From NCBI GenBank assembly GCA_963764165.1, contig CAVXRD010000003.1, forward strand, positions 160,001 through 224,000: 64,000 bases of DNA, read 5' to 3'. This DNA is from an uncultured Verrucomicrobiae bacterium (GTDB lineage Bacteria; Verrucomicrobiota; Verrucomicrobiia; Limisphaerales; Palsa-1400). The notes beneath the pieces are model-generated. The model worked only from the letters and a program-made list of their open reading frames with translations, ran no database searches and was not told the DNA's origin. Positions 31,401 through 39,613 of this stretch are shown here, in pieces; the stretch's first letter is position 1, and each line of letters starts with the position of its first letter. Made by a program: the position numbers and the translations under genes.

Positions 31401-31713
31401 CCCGTTCGTTCTGGCCAGCAACGCCACCGTTTTGGCCAGCGCCTTCGAGCCTGATTTCAACCACAGCGTTTCGGCCAGCGCTCTTTTTGTCGTCGAGCCC
31501 GTCCAAATTTCCTTCGGGCAGTTTTTAACCAATGGGCAATTTCAGTTGCAAGTGATGGGCGCTCCGGGCAGCAACTACGTGCTGCAAGCGACCACAAATT
31601 TATTAAAATGGACGTCGTTGAGCACCAATCTTCTGCAGTCCAATTTGTTGTATCTCGTCGATCCCGGCGCCACCAACCACCCATTGCGCTTCTATCGCGT
31701 TCTTCAACAATAA
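25405..31713 (+). CDS. Giant secreted multidomain protein: 2x unnamed domain, 3x FN3-like, PQQ-like propeller, FN3-assoc, PA14, Ig, di-heme cytochrome c, C-terminal domain
   Basis: Signal-peptide end GLARA-Q; VLTYHYDNTRQG..NET.L.P.NV propeller start; IYYTLDGT.P; FTVRWTG PA14; LWSDGA.K.R, CLQCH (30730) and CAQCH (30973). Start probably GTG 25405 or ATG 25480, not 25021. Confidence 0.85.
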   Translation: MFIKPKSKEFIRNRLCHWEVVSFAVMAICGLLCPGLARAQAPAALTDLGTVAPNPGKYDVSQLSAAGEANMPDGLNYYTDNQSNHGAGEPGQTFTTGTNALTYTLNTLAIRTGGGSSSGTTTPQSYLLHIYSVSNGTAAVIATYIATNVTFNDGDWLRWSGLAVTFSPASVYGYSFGKASGATSGWDGMGNSGGNPYAGGELGLLPVAGGAVTFGASHNYDAIFDIGLTSNGPSAAVITNNPPTVIQSTSATLAGTVLSTGGSAPVVRIFYGPADGGTNANAWANSVALGAESGGFSTTVTGLSASKTYFFAAQASNVYGISWAQPSENFTTLADTNPAPAVLTDLGAAAPTPGLNDVSQFSTTGDSDTPDNLNYYTDNQPGHNAGEPGQTFTTPENSSGFLLASVALKTGGGTSSGTTTPQGYLLHIYSVSNGTASVLATFSATNFAFSDGDWLQWSGLNVSLSAGAVYGYSFGKISSAVGGWEAMANASGSPYAGGELALMPVAGGSITFGASHSYDAVFDIGLTSTGPPTVARIANSPATAIQASSAALNGQVVASGGSLPLISFFYGTVDGGTNAAAWSNRITVGSELGSFTATVTGLQSNSTYYYTAEASNAAGVSWAVPSASFTTPATVSVPAVTNLPATFVSGATATLNGQVLNTGNEWPLISVYYGTNDGGTNAVAWSNAVSLPAQSGPFSAQIVGLIQGVKYYFTVSASNSAGVSWAQPSLSFTTLTVTRVPVLTYHYDNTRQGWNSNETALSPANVNTASFGKLFTYAVDGYVYAQPLIVTNLTIPGRGVRDVVFVATEHDSIFAFDANSNGDASGGLLWKTNVGISAVSPSTEYGLRYHGVGNLDMVPEEGMTGAPVIDLATGTLFVDAFTREVVAGISTNYYHRIHALNITNGMEQPYSPVVVAATVPGTGVSGNGTGSPETENGTNVTFSAIQECQRPALTLAGGVLYVCYGSHDDTDPYHGWVFGYNSTNLAMLSVFNTTPNATLAAFGGNAGEGAIWMSGNGLCVDANTNLYFLTGNGSFSQNTNGGDYSDSFVKLSTASNKLTVADYFTPYNQASLQASDSDLGSGGVMLLPDSAGSTSHPHLIVGCGKDGNIRLVDRDNMGHYNAANDNQAVQELPGAVGGTWSSPAYFNHLIFYEGSGDVMKAFYITNGVISSTPISQSSTSIGFPGATPTISSSGTNNGIAWVIDDGAYLSSGPAVLHAYNATNLAIELYNSSQDLPRDNPGPAVKMVPPVVAGGKVYVGAQYALSVFGSAVFMAAPTISPASGPFTNSITVTLADANGGASIYYTLDGTAPSTSSILYTGPFLLTNSAIVQAIAAAPGAVNSAAVSASFLNSAASGAGIGLTGSYFANSTSANPFAGSPVLTQTNATINFNWGMNGPSPVVGGTNFTVRWTGSIQPQFSEAYTLYLTANAGARLYINGQLFINGWQNQTNAATLSNSIPLVAQQLYGIELDYYQTTNDASVSLSWSSPSTPMAIVPETQLYPFTNPPPSVALIAPANASSYTAAASVSMSADADAPYNPISMVSFYANGSLIDSVTNPPYTVTVTGLAAGNYTLTAVAVDGSGLSSTTAPINIAVTAATGQPYGLTNRSPAPAFFNMPTTFAGPLPGLLSQTGVFGNTANMAPVGGLIPYLPNVPLWSDGALKTRYFAVPGGGGIGTPNQQISFAPTGTWSFPAGTVFVKTFQLNTDTSNPNVLHRLETRLLVRDINGAVYGVTYKWRPDNSDADLLTNSLTEQILITNSTGVAAQTWYYPSPADCLQCHTAPANYVLGVSTRQLNGNGTYPSTGVTDNQLRALNRLGLFNPAFDEASITNMEKLSALTNLGAPLVERARSYLDANCAQCHQPGGTGITFDARYDTPLASQNITNYPAAISLGYDNACIIKSQDIWRSMIYQRMNTTNAGVKMPPLARNLIDTNAVAVMAGWINSLPGIPALAPPVITPDGGAFFSTVSISLAAPDTNAAVYYTLNGSLPTTNSFLYAGPFVLASNATVLASAFEPDFNHSVSASALFVVEPVQISFGQFLTNGQFQLQVMGAPGSNYVLQATTNLLKWTSLSTNLLQSNLLYLVDPGATNHPLRFYRVLQQ

Positions 31714-31722
31714 GCCTCAATA

Positions 31723-31738
31723 CTACAGTTTTTGGTAG
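31723..31738 (+). promoter_or_regulatory. Candidate response-regulator site CTACAGTTTTTGGTAG
   Basis: Matches 25355-25370; TATGAA 25 nt downstream. Confidence 0.55.
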
Positions 31739-31789
31739 CTATGCGGCGCGAGGGCGGGCGGTTATGAATGGCGGACACCACCGAATCAC

Positions 31790-34700
31790 ATGATTACAAA
31801 AACGCACCTCTCTCGTGCCAACCTCCCCATTCTTTGCGCATTCGCCTCCGCTGTCTTCTTGACTTCGGCTGCTAACGGTCAAGTGACCTTGACCGATATC
31901 GGATCGACGGCGCCCACGCCGGGAACAAATGACATCTACCAGCTTGGCGGCGGGGGCGGAGAGCCATCCGGCCTGAATTATTATTGGGACGATGGCGCCA
32001 CCACGCCCACCACGGGGTACCCATCGCAAACGTTCACCACCTCGAATAACCCGCAGGGATACGTTTTGACCTCGATCGCGATCCAAACGGCGGGCGGCGG
32101 CGGCGGTGGCAATGGCGGGCCCACGGAGAGCCAAAACTTCACGCTGTTGATTTTCCGGATGAACGGTTCCGGCAGCGGCACCGGCTTGACCAATGCCACC
32201 TTGATTGGCAGTTACACCGTCGCGGGCCAGTTGCAGGCGGAAGGGGATTGGATGCAATGGACGGGCCTTGGAACATCTCTTTTGCCCGGGACAAATTACG
32301 GTTTTGCATTTGGCCGCGCCGTTGGCAGCCCGGGCGACTGGGAGGAAATCAGCGCCGCCTCCGGTCTTCCTTACAGCGGTGGCCAAGCCTGCCTGATCGC
32401 CAATGCCGGGGGAAAGGTCAAGTATTCCAGTTCCGCCAACAATTACGATATGACGTTCGACATCGGATTGGCCTTGCCTGCGGCGCCTGTTCCCGGCCAG
32501 CCAATCGAGTCGCCTTCGACTGCCAACATCGCGGTGCTGGCGGGAACAAATGTTACTTTGACCGCGTCAGCCGGCGGTTCCACGCCGATTTATTATCAAT
32601 GGCAGACCGACGGAGGAGCTTCCGGCGGATTGACGAACATTCCGGGAGCGACCAATGCAGTGCTTTCAGTCAATACGGCTGGCTGGCTGCCCGGCACGTA
32701 TAATTTTGATTTTGTCGCCCGCAATTCATTGGGAACGAACAGCAGTTCGGCGGTCTCGATTCAAATCGTGAGCCTTCTGATGGCGGACATCGGACCCAAT
32801 GCTCCCACGCCTGGCCCCAATGACATTTCCCAGCTGCTCAACAGCCAGCAAAGCGATGACGGATTTAATTATTACACTGACAATGGCGCCAACCACAACG
32901 AATGGAACGGCCAGACCTTTACCACTGGAAACAGCCCAAGCGGTTATGTTCTTAATTCGCTGGCCTGGAAAAGCGCTGGCAATGGCAACAATTTTCCGGC
33001 GTTTCAGTATTACGATTTGTATATCTATGCATTGTCCGCCAACGGCACGACGGCCACCCAGATCGGAAGTTATCAAGCTTACGGCGGCGGCAAGGAGGAC
33101 GATTGGTTCGAGTGGGTGGGATTGAACACCCCGCTGGCTCCGAATTCCCTCTATGCTTATGCGCTGGGCCGCGATGGCACCGCGTCTGGATGGGAGCACA
33201 TCGGCGACCAGGGCGGCAATCCCTACAGCGGCGGCCAATTGTGCCAGATTCCTTCTCAGGGCGGGACCGTGACCTACGGGGGAGCAGGCACGTCCGATGC
33301 GACATTTGATATTGGCCTGGCCATTTCGCAAGCGCCGTTTGCCACTGTGCCCGCCTACACGCCCGCCGTGACACCGGTCTATGCGGGAACGCCGCTGACT
33401 CTGATTGAATCGGCCGTTGGCGCTCCACCGCTTTCGTATCAATGGGAGGCGGACAACGGCACCGGAACGCTCTCGCTGGTGGGCGGGGGAACCAGTTCGA
33501 ATCTGGTGGTGGATACAACAGGCTTCGCGCCGGGGAATTATGAGTATGCTGTCATAGTGACAAATGCGCATGGCGCGTCAACCAGTGCGACTCTGACTGT
33601 GACTGTGGTGGCCGCCAGCGCCCCGCAACTTGTGGCTGACATTTCGCCGCTGCCAGCGAACGAAGGTTATGTCGGACAAACCCTTTCCTATTCCGCGGCC
33701 TTTGTCGGAACATTGCCCATCAGCTACCAGTGGATGCTTGATACGGGCAGCGGTCCTTCGCCCATCTCCAGCGCCGCAAATCCGACCGCCACCAACAGCA
33801 CGCTCGTTTTATCAAATGTGCAGACTGCTCAAGCGGGAACGTATACACTCCTAGCCGCGAACACTGTCGGCAGCGCGCCCAGCAGTTCCTCAGCCCTGAT
33901 TGTGCTGCCCGCTCCCGCCGCGCCTGCGGCAAATACTTATGGCGCCGCAGGTCTCTCCGATGGCCCGGTGGCCTATTGGAGGTTCAATGAAACCAACGAT
34001 CCCTCCACTGGCATTTTGCCGGCTTACGATGCCACCGGCCACAATTATGACGGTCTCTATGGCGCAAATTCGCAGAACAGCTTCAATGAAATTGCCGGGC
34101 CTCAGCCGCCAGCCTTTCCTGGGTTTGAAACCAACAACGGGGCCTTCGCCTCGGCGAATGCATTGACAAATTCATGGGTGACGCTCCCGCCGTTGAATCT
34201 GGACACAAATGCCGTTACCATCACGCTTTGGATTTATCCGAACTCCACTGAGCCGACCTTTGGCGGGCTGTTTTTTAATCGCAACAACACGGACGCAGCC
34301 GGCATCGGCTTTGGCGGGACCCAAAACGCATCTGGAATGGCTGAATTAGGCTACACTTGGAACACGAATAATGGCGACACTTGGGGATTCAACTCGGGAT
34401 TGTACCCGCCAATGAATCAGTGGTCGTTTGTTGCGCTGGTGGTCCAACCCACGCAGGCCACGCTCTATCTTTATTATATTGATCCCAACACGGGGCAGCC
34501 CGATCTGTTGTCATCCATCAATGCCATTGCGCACGGTCCGGAAGCGTTCAGCGGAGGCACGACAGCGATTGGCACCGACCCGGCGGATCTGAACACCCGG
34601 GCGTTCTCAGGAAATATTGACGAGGTGGCGGTATTTCAATCCGCGCTGACCAGCGATCAGATTCTATCGCTATTTGGCAAAGGGTCGGGAGTATCCGCTG

Positions 34701-35887
34701 TGGCTCCTTCGATTGTCACCCAGCCGGCGTCGCAGGCTTATTATGCCGGAACCACGGTGACATTTGCCGCCTCCGGCATTAATGGCAATTCGCCGTTCAG
34801 TTATCAATGGCAATTCGACGGAACAAACCTGGCTGGCGCAACAACACCGAGCCTGACCCTGTCGAATGTGACGCTGGCCAACGCTGGCACATATCAGTTG
34901 TTCGTCACGAATCCAGTGGGAGTGACGGCCAGCAGCAACGCCACCCTTGAAGTCGTCGTGCCCGCGCCGCATTCCTACGCCTCGGCGGTTATTGACAGCG
35001 GGGCGCTATTGTATTGGGCCTTGAACGAAACCAATGATCCAAGCACCGGCACCGCGATCGCCTACGATTATATCCACGGCATCGATGGCGTTTATCAAAC
35101 CGCCTCACAGAACGGGTTTGACGGAGTATTAGGACCGCAAGCGCCGGCGTTTCTGGGATTCCCCAGCAACAACACAGCGCTGGAAACCTTCGCCAACATC
35201 CCCAACTCTTACGTTACGGCATCTGCTGGCACCCTGGTCGCCACCAACCTCACCTATGTGATGTGGATCGATCCGGCCACTAACGTTGAGAATTGGGCTG
35301 GTCTTTTGATGGACCGCGGCGGCGTCGGCGAAGGCCTCGGGTTCGGCGGAGACGTTTCGGATTCGGGCATGTCCGACCTGGGCTACACATGGAACCAGAA
35401 CTCCACCTGGAGCTTCTCCACTTATTTGTTTCCGCCCACCAATGAATGGTCTCTGGTGGCATTGGCCATCGAGCCGACCGAAGCCGACATCTATTTGATC
35501 AACAGCGCAGGTGTGCAAACGGCGGTCAATCCGATCGCCCATGATGCCGAAGAATTCGGCGTGGCGTGGCACATTGGCAACGACGCCCAGGACGGCGGCA
35601 ACGGCGGGCGCACTTTTCCGGGAAGCATCGCTGCCGTCAGCGTTTATCTCTCGACGCTCTCCAGCAATCAGATTGTCTCGCTTTACGATGCGGGCTTGCA
35701 AGTGGCGCCGCCGGTCACCCTCAATGCGGTCCCCGGACCAGGACGGACTCTGGTCCTGAGTTGGTCGCAAGGCTCCTTGTTGCAGGCCACAAACCTGCTC
35801 GGGCCTTGGGTGACAAATACCGCCGCGTCTCCGTATTCGGTCGCCGAGACCAATGCGCAAATGTTCTACAAAGTCCGCGTTCAATGA
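31790..35887 (+). CDS. Large secreted protein: 2x unnamed domain, Ig domains, 2x LamG/ConA-like, C-terminal domain
   Basis: Signal peptide; P..YQW Ig motifs; PVAYWRFNE...QWSFVALVV...FSGNIDEVAVF LamG motifs. Confidence 0.85.
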   Translation: MITKTHLSRANLPILCAFASAVFLTSAANGQVTLTDIGSTAPTPGTNDIYQLGGGGGEPSGLNYYWDDGATTPTTGYPSQTFTTSNNPQGYVLTSIAIQTAGGGGGGNGGPTESQNFTLLIFRMNGSGSGTGLTNATLIGSYTVAGQLQAEGDWMQWTGLGTSLLPGTNYGFAFGRAVGSPGDWEEISAASGLPYSGGQACLIANAGGKVKYSSSANNYDMTFDIGLALPAAPVPGQPIESPSTANIAVLAGTNVTLTASAGGSTPIYYQWQTDGGASGGLTNIPGATNAVLSVNTAGWLPGTYNFDFVARNSLGTNSSSAVSIQIVSLLMADIGPNAPTPGPNDISQLLNSQQSDDGFNYYTDNGANHNEWNGQTFTTGNSPSGYVLNSLAWKSAGNGNNFPAFQYYDLYIYALSANGTTATQIGSYQAYGGGKEDDWFEWVGLNTPLAPNSLYAYALGRDGTASGWEHIGDQGGNPYSGGQLCQIPSQGGTVTYGGAGTSDATFDIGLAISQAPFATVPAYTPAVTPVYAGTPLTLIESAVGAPPLSYQWEADNGTGTLSLVGGGTSSNLVVDTTGFAPGNYEYAVIVTNAHGASTSATLTVTVVAASAPQLVADISPLPANEGYVGQTLSYSAAFVGTLPISYQWMLDTGSGPSPISSAANPTATNSTLVLSNVQTAQAGTYTLLAANTVGSAPSSSSALIVLPAPAAPAANTYGAAGLSDGPVAYWRFNETNDPSTGILPAYDATGHNYDGLYGANSQNSFNEIAGPQPPAFPGFETNNGAFASANALTNSWVTLPPLNLDTNAVTITLWIYPNSTEPTFGGLFFNRNNTDAAGIGFGGTQNASGMAELGYTWNTNNGDTWGFNSGLYPPMNQWSFVALVVQPTQATLYLYYIDPNTGQPDLLSSINAIAHGPEAFSGGTTAIGTDPADLNTRAFSGNIDEVAVFQSALTSDQILSLFGKGSGVSAVAPSIVTQPASQAYYAGTTVTFAASGINGNSPFSYQWQFDGTNLAGATTPSLTLSNVTLANAGTYQLFVTNPVGVTASSNATLEVVVPAPHSYASAVIDSGALLYWALNETNDPSTGTAIAYDYIHGIDGVYQTASQNGFDGVLGPQAPAFLGFPSNNTALETFANIPNSYVTASAGTLVATNLTYVMWIDPATNVENWAGLLMDRGGVGEGLGFGGDVSDSGMSDLGYTWNQNSTWSFSTYLFPPTNEWSLVALAIEPTEADIYLINSAGVQTAVNPIAHDAEEFGVAWHIGNDAQDGGNGGRTFPGSIAAVSVYLSTLSSNQIVSLYDAGLQVAPPVTLNAVPGPGRTLVLSWSQGSLLQATNLLGPWVTNTAASPYSVAETNAQMFYKVRVQ

Positions 35888-35909
35888 TGACGCGGTGTTC
35901 AGACGCGCT

Positions 35910-37334
35910 CTAAGGCTTAAAGCACAGAACAATCGCGCTGGCATGTGCAACATTCAGGATGGCTGCGCCGTCGAGAAGGGCAAGATTCTCTGGTGAGCCT
36001 GCGGACCAGGCTCCGTCGTCGCTCACCTGGCTGCCGGCAAAACTAACTTGGTCCGTGCTCGCCATCGTCGGCGCTTGCAGGTGGAAGCAGTCCGCTTTGG
36101 TGTATCTGCCGGGAACGCTTGCTTTGACGCTGGCGTCTTTCGAAAAATCTTTATTGATGACAGTGAGCCAGAGAAGGCCCTGTTCGTCTTTGGTGGCATA
36201 TGCAGTCAAATTGCTTGCGCCATCCATCGTGAGCCGCACCAGGACACCCTTTCCGGCAAAGGCGAAAGCGAGCATTCCATAATATTCCGGGCAAGCCCGC
36301 GCGTGGCCTGCCGCGTCATGGACAATTGGAGAATAATGGCTGATCCAGGCAAGATGATTGATGTCGGTTTCCATGTTGACTCCGTCACACCCATAGGAAG
36401 CCAGCCGGAACATGAAATCCAAACACCACAAGGCTGAGCCAAAGGTATCGCTCACGCCAACTTTTCCTCCCCCCGAGTAAGAATTGACCTCGTTGATGCG
36501 AAAAGCCACGCCGTGAGCGCGGCCCACGCCTCGCATGCCATCCAACCTGCGCTCGAGGCCTTCATCGGGCGCGAGGAGTCTCGCCAAGGTGGACTTTGGC
36601 TCTCCCGCTCCTCCTCGATAGTAATGGATCGTCAATAATTTTATGTCAGCGCTTTCGGTGTCAGCGAAATTGGTGACCCAACGGAGGTTGCCGATGGAAT
36701 CGGGCCCGGAAAACGGCGCGTCTGGCAAAACTGCGCGTATCGCCCTCTTGTAATCGAGAAAAGCCGCGTGATACGCGTCATAACCCGCGAAACGGCGCAA
36801 GGCTTCAACTTCATTGCCAATCTCAAAAGATTGCAAGCTGGTTCCCAGCGCCGCGTTGACCGCGAGAGCTTCCCGCACCGCTTCTTCCTTGGAGCCGGTG
36901 CCAAGGTTAAGGCCCCACATGACCCTCCAGCCGGCCGCGCGCGCGAACTGGCCCAAGTCATCCAGATTCTGGCGATTGATGATCGTCACCTCTGTTTGCG
37001 AGCGCGGCGCGGCCACCCCATTGGCCTCGTATTTGGTGTGGTCGGACACGTTGCCGCCAATGCGAATCAAGCCGTGCGGACTCAAATTATGGAACAGCCG
37101 CAGCATCGTTGCATTGCTGCCCGTGAAAAAATTCGATTGGGCCACGGCCGAGGTTTCGTATCCAAACCCAATAAAATCTGGCGAAATGTGACTGACGATT
37201 ATTGCCGGATCTATGTGAATTTTGGCCGCGATCGGCGAGGGCGCGCTTGCCTGGTCCTGCGCGTGGAGACGCTCCGCAAAGGACGACGTCCACAGAATAG
37301 CGGTGACGAGCCGCAGCGGGGTAAGGCTTCGCAT
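35910..37334 (-). CDS. Glycoside hydrolase family 79 (beta-glucuronidase/heparanase-like)
   Basis: IRIGGN.SD, FEIGNE (acid/base), FRINEVNS (nucleophile), GVSDTFGSALW.LD. Confidence 0.88.
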   Translation of the reverse strand: MRSLTPLRLVTAILWTSSFAERLHAQDQASAPSPIAAKIHIDPAIIVSHISPDFIGFGYETSAVAQSNFFTGSNATMLRLFHNLSPHGLIRIGGNVSDHTKYEANGVAAPRSQTEVTIINRQNLDDLGQFARAAGWRVMWGLNLGTGSKEEAVREALAVNAALGTSLQSFEIGNEVEALRRFAGYDAYHAAFLDYKRAIRAVLPDAPFSGPDSIGNLRWVTNFADTESADIKLLTIHYYRGGAGEPKSTLARLLAPDEGLERRLDGMRGVGRAHGVAFRINEVNSYSGGGKVGVSDTFGSALWCLDFMFRLASYGCDGVNMETDINHLAWISHYSPIVHDAAGHARACPEYYGMLAFAFAGKGVLVRLTMDGASNLTAYATKDEQGLLWLTVINKDFSKDASVKASVPGRYTKADCFHLQAPTMASTDQVSFAGSQVSDDGAWSAGSPENLALLDGAAILNVAHASAIVLCFKP

Positions 37335-37361
37335 TGGATTTGTGATCGGACTGAGTTTGGA

Positions 37362-37436
37362 TGGTGCGCGCTGTAGGTTTCGAACCTACGACCCCTACCG
37401 TGTGAAGGTAATGCTCTACCACTGAGCTAAGCGCGC
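37362..37436 (-). tRNA. tRNA-Val(CAC)
   Basis: GCGCGCTTAGCTCAGTGGTAGAGCATTACCTTCACACGGTAGGGGTCGTAGGTTCGAAACCTACAGCGCGCACCA; cloverleaf with encoded CCA. Confidence 0.97.
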
Positions 37437-37445
37437 AACGCCCGA

Positions 37446-37473
37446 ATTATGCCGCAGTCAAAAAATGTCGCAA
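37446..37473 (-). promoter_or_regulatory. Sigma70-like promoter of the tRNA
   Basis: TTGCGA-N16-CATAAT about 10 nt upstream of the tRNA. Confidence 0.5.
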
Positions 37474-37674
37474 GCACTTTTCCTCGTTGGAATTCACTCT
37501 GTCGCCGGAGTCGCAAAAGGGTTAACGGCGCCAGCCAAAGTCACGCAGAACGGAGGGCGGCCATCGCGTTCACCGCCGGTGTCGAGGCCCGCGACTTTTC
37601 ACTCGCCCATTTCTCGATTTTTTGGAGAAAATTACCGCAATGGGGGATCCGCACCACTATGCTGAAAGGCGCTC

Positions 37675-39411
37675 GTGAATCCGAGTTTGCACAATCTTGT
37701 TCTCAAAGGCGACTTGCCGCGATTGAAAGAGTTGCTGAGTCATGGCTCCGGCAGCGCCGATGTCAACGCTCCCGACTCGCTGGGCTGCACGTCACTCATG
37801 CGAGCGGTAGCGAATCCGAAAGTGAACGCCGAACTCGTTCGCACCCTCCTCGATCATGGCGCAGACATCAACAAGGCCCGCGTTCTTCAAGGCACGGTTC
37901 CTGCCAGCGCCATGGCGCTGGCTTTGGGCGCCGGCAACCCTGAAATTGTGCGCCTTTTAATTGGCCGCGGAGGTGACGTCCACTACAAAACGGAGGGTGG
38001 ATATGGAGCCTTGGTTGACGCCGTTCATGGGCGGGACGTTCTGCGCGACCCGTTATTGATCGATCTGATCCGCTTGCTGATCGAGTGCGGTGTAGCGCTG
38101 AATGGAATTACGAGCTATGGGGAATCCGGCCTTCGCGTCCTTTCCCGCATCGGAAGATTCGACGCGGTGAAAGCTTTGCTCGACGCCGGGGCCGATCCCG
38201 CTCAACTGAAGTGGACTGCGCTGATGCGCGCCGTCGCGCTCGGTTCAGCGTCCGACGTGATCCGAGAAATAGGGCAGGGCGCCGCGCTTGAGGATCGAGA
38301 TTTCTGGGACCGGACGGCGTGGTTGATTGCCATCCAGACCGGCGATTTGGAAAAGGCGAGAATTCTTTATGACGCCGGAGCAAATCTTTGCGCGCGGGGC
38401 AGATGCGGCAAACCGCCCATCTTTTACGCCATTGAGAGCCATCAATTGCCGATGTTGAACTGGCTTCTTGAGATTGGGGCTGGCGTTGAAGAGCTCGACG
38501 AATTTGAGCACACGCCGCTCATAAATGCGGTGGAGAGCAATAACCCGGCGGCCGTGCAACGATTGCTGAAAGCAGGCGCAGATTTGATTGGCGTTCGGGG
38601 TCGGTCCGCTTTGGGTTTTGCGCGAACACGCGAAATCGCGCGGTGCTTGCTCGCGGCCGGCGCCGATCCGGGTCAGCTTTCGTTTGAGGCTCGGCGCGCG
38701 CTGCTGGGATTCGAGCCTGAGCCGAGCGCGATTCATTTCGACGTTGCGCCCGAAGACTTTCGCGGCCAGCAGACGCGGCGGTTTGGAATCAGCAATCCGC
38801 AAAAATTTGAAGGCGCATTTTACCAGGAAATGGTCAGATCGGGGATCAACGCGTTTCAAGCAGCGGAGGTCTTCCGCGAAAGCATCGAACCCATTCATCC
38901 TGTTTGGTGCGCTCAGCGATTCGGTCAATCCATCACCACTATGCCGGATGGACGCATCATTCAGATCGGCGGCGAACATGAAGATTATTACGATGCCGAT
39001 TTCTGCATTTACAACGACATTTTTGTTCACCATCCCACAGGGGCCATCGAATTTTTCGGGTATCCTGAAGCGGTCTTTCCGCCGACCGATTTTCATACCG
39101 CAACCTTGATCGGCGATCGTGTCATCTGGATTATCGGGTCCTTGGGTTATCTGGGCAAGCGACATTACGGCGAAACGCCCGTTTACCGCCTCGACACTGA
39201 ATCATATCAGATTGAGAGGATTAAAATCGCCGGCAAATGTCCGGGATGGATTTATGGACATGCAGCTATCGCGCTCGCCGGAGGGAAGATTCAAATATCG
39301 GGCGGCGAAATTGTTTCGTTATCGGGCGATACAGAGTTGCATGCCAGGAACGATCAGTATTTCGTATTGGATACGGAACAGAGTGCGTGGTCATCTCCGG
39401 CTTCCAAATAG
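37675..39411 (+). CDS. Ankyrin-repeat protein with C-terminal Kelch-like domain
   Basis: Repeated G.T.L..A...LL..GAD.N motifs; RFGQS.T..PDGR.I.IGGEHEDYYD, PTDFHTATL. Confidence 0.85.
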   Translation: MNPSLHNLVLKGDLPRLKELLSHGSGSADVNAPDSLGCTSLMRAVANPKVNAELVRTLLDHGADINKARVLQGTVPASAMALALGAGNPEIVRLLIGRGGDVHYKTEGGYGALVDAVHGRDVLRDPLLIDLIRLLIECGVALNGITSYGESGLRVLSRIGRFDAVKALLDAGADPAQLKWTALMRAVALGSASDVIREIGQGAALEDRDFWDRTAWLIAIQTGDLEKARILYDAGANLCARGRCGKPPIFYAIESHQLPMLNWLLEIGAGVEELDEFEHTPLINAVESNNPAAVQRLLKAGADLIGVRGRSALGFARTREIARCLLAAGADPGQLSFEARRALLGFEPEPSAIHFDVAPEDFRGQQTRRFGISNPQKFEGAFYQEMVRSGINAFQAAEVFRESIEPIHPVWCAQRFGQSITTMPDGRIIQIGGEHEDYYDADFCIYNDIFVHHPTGAIEFFGYPEAVFPPTDFHTATLIGDRVIWIIGSLGYLGKRHYGETPVYRLDTESYQIERIKIAGKCPGWIYGHAAIALAGGKIQISGGEIVSLSGDTELHARNDQYFVLDTEQSAWSSPASK

Positions 39412-39613
39412 AAATTCGGACGTCGCCGCAGAGCGCCAGAGGCGCGGCAGTGTTGTAGAAACGGCCAAAAAAAGATTCACCAAGCTCCTTCTGGCGCGGC
39501 ATCGTGCGCCTGTGAACGCACTCACATAGCGGGGTAAGAGTTCCCGTCAGGCCGAAATATCGCCGGCCTGTGGCTCGATTACACTGGCGCCCGCCAGGGA
39601 AAACGCTCGATTT

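Noticed and set aside
37362..37436. tRNA-Val as an island attachment site
   Set aside because: No duplicated tRNA 3' end or integrase seen in the window
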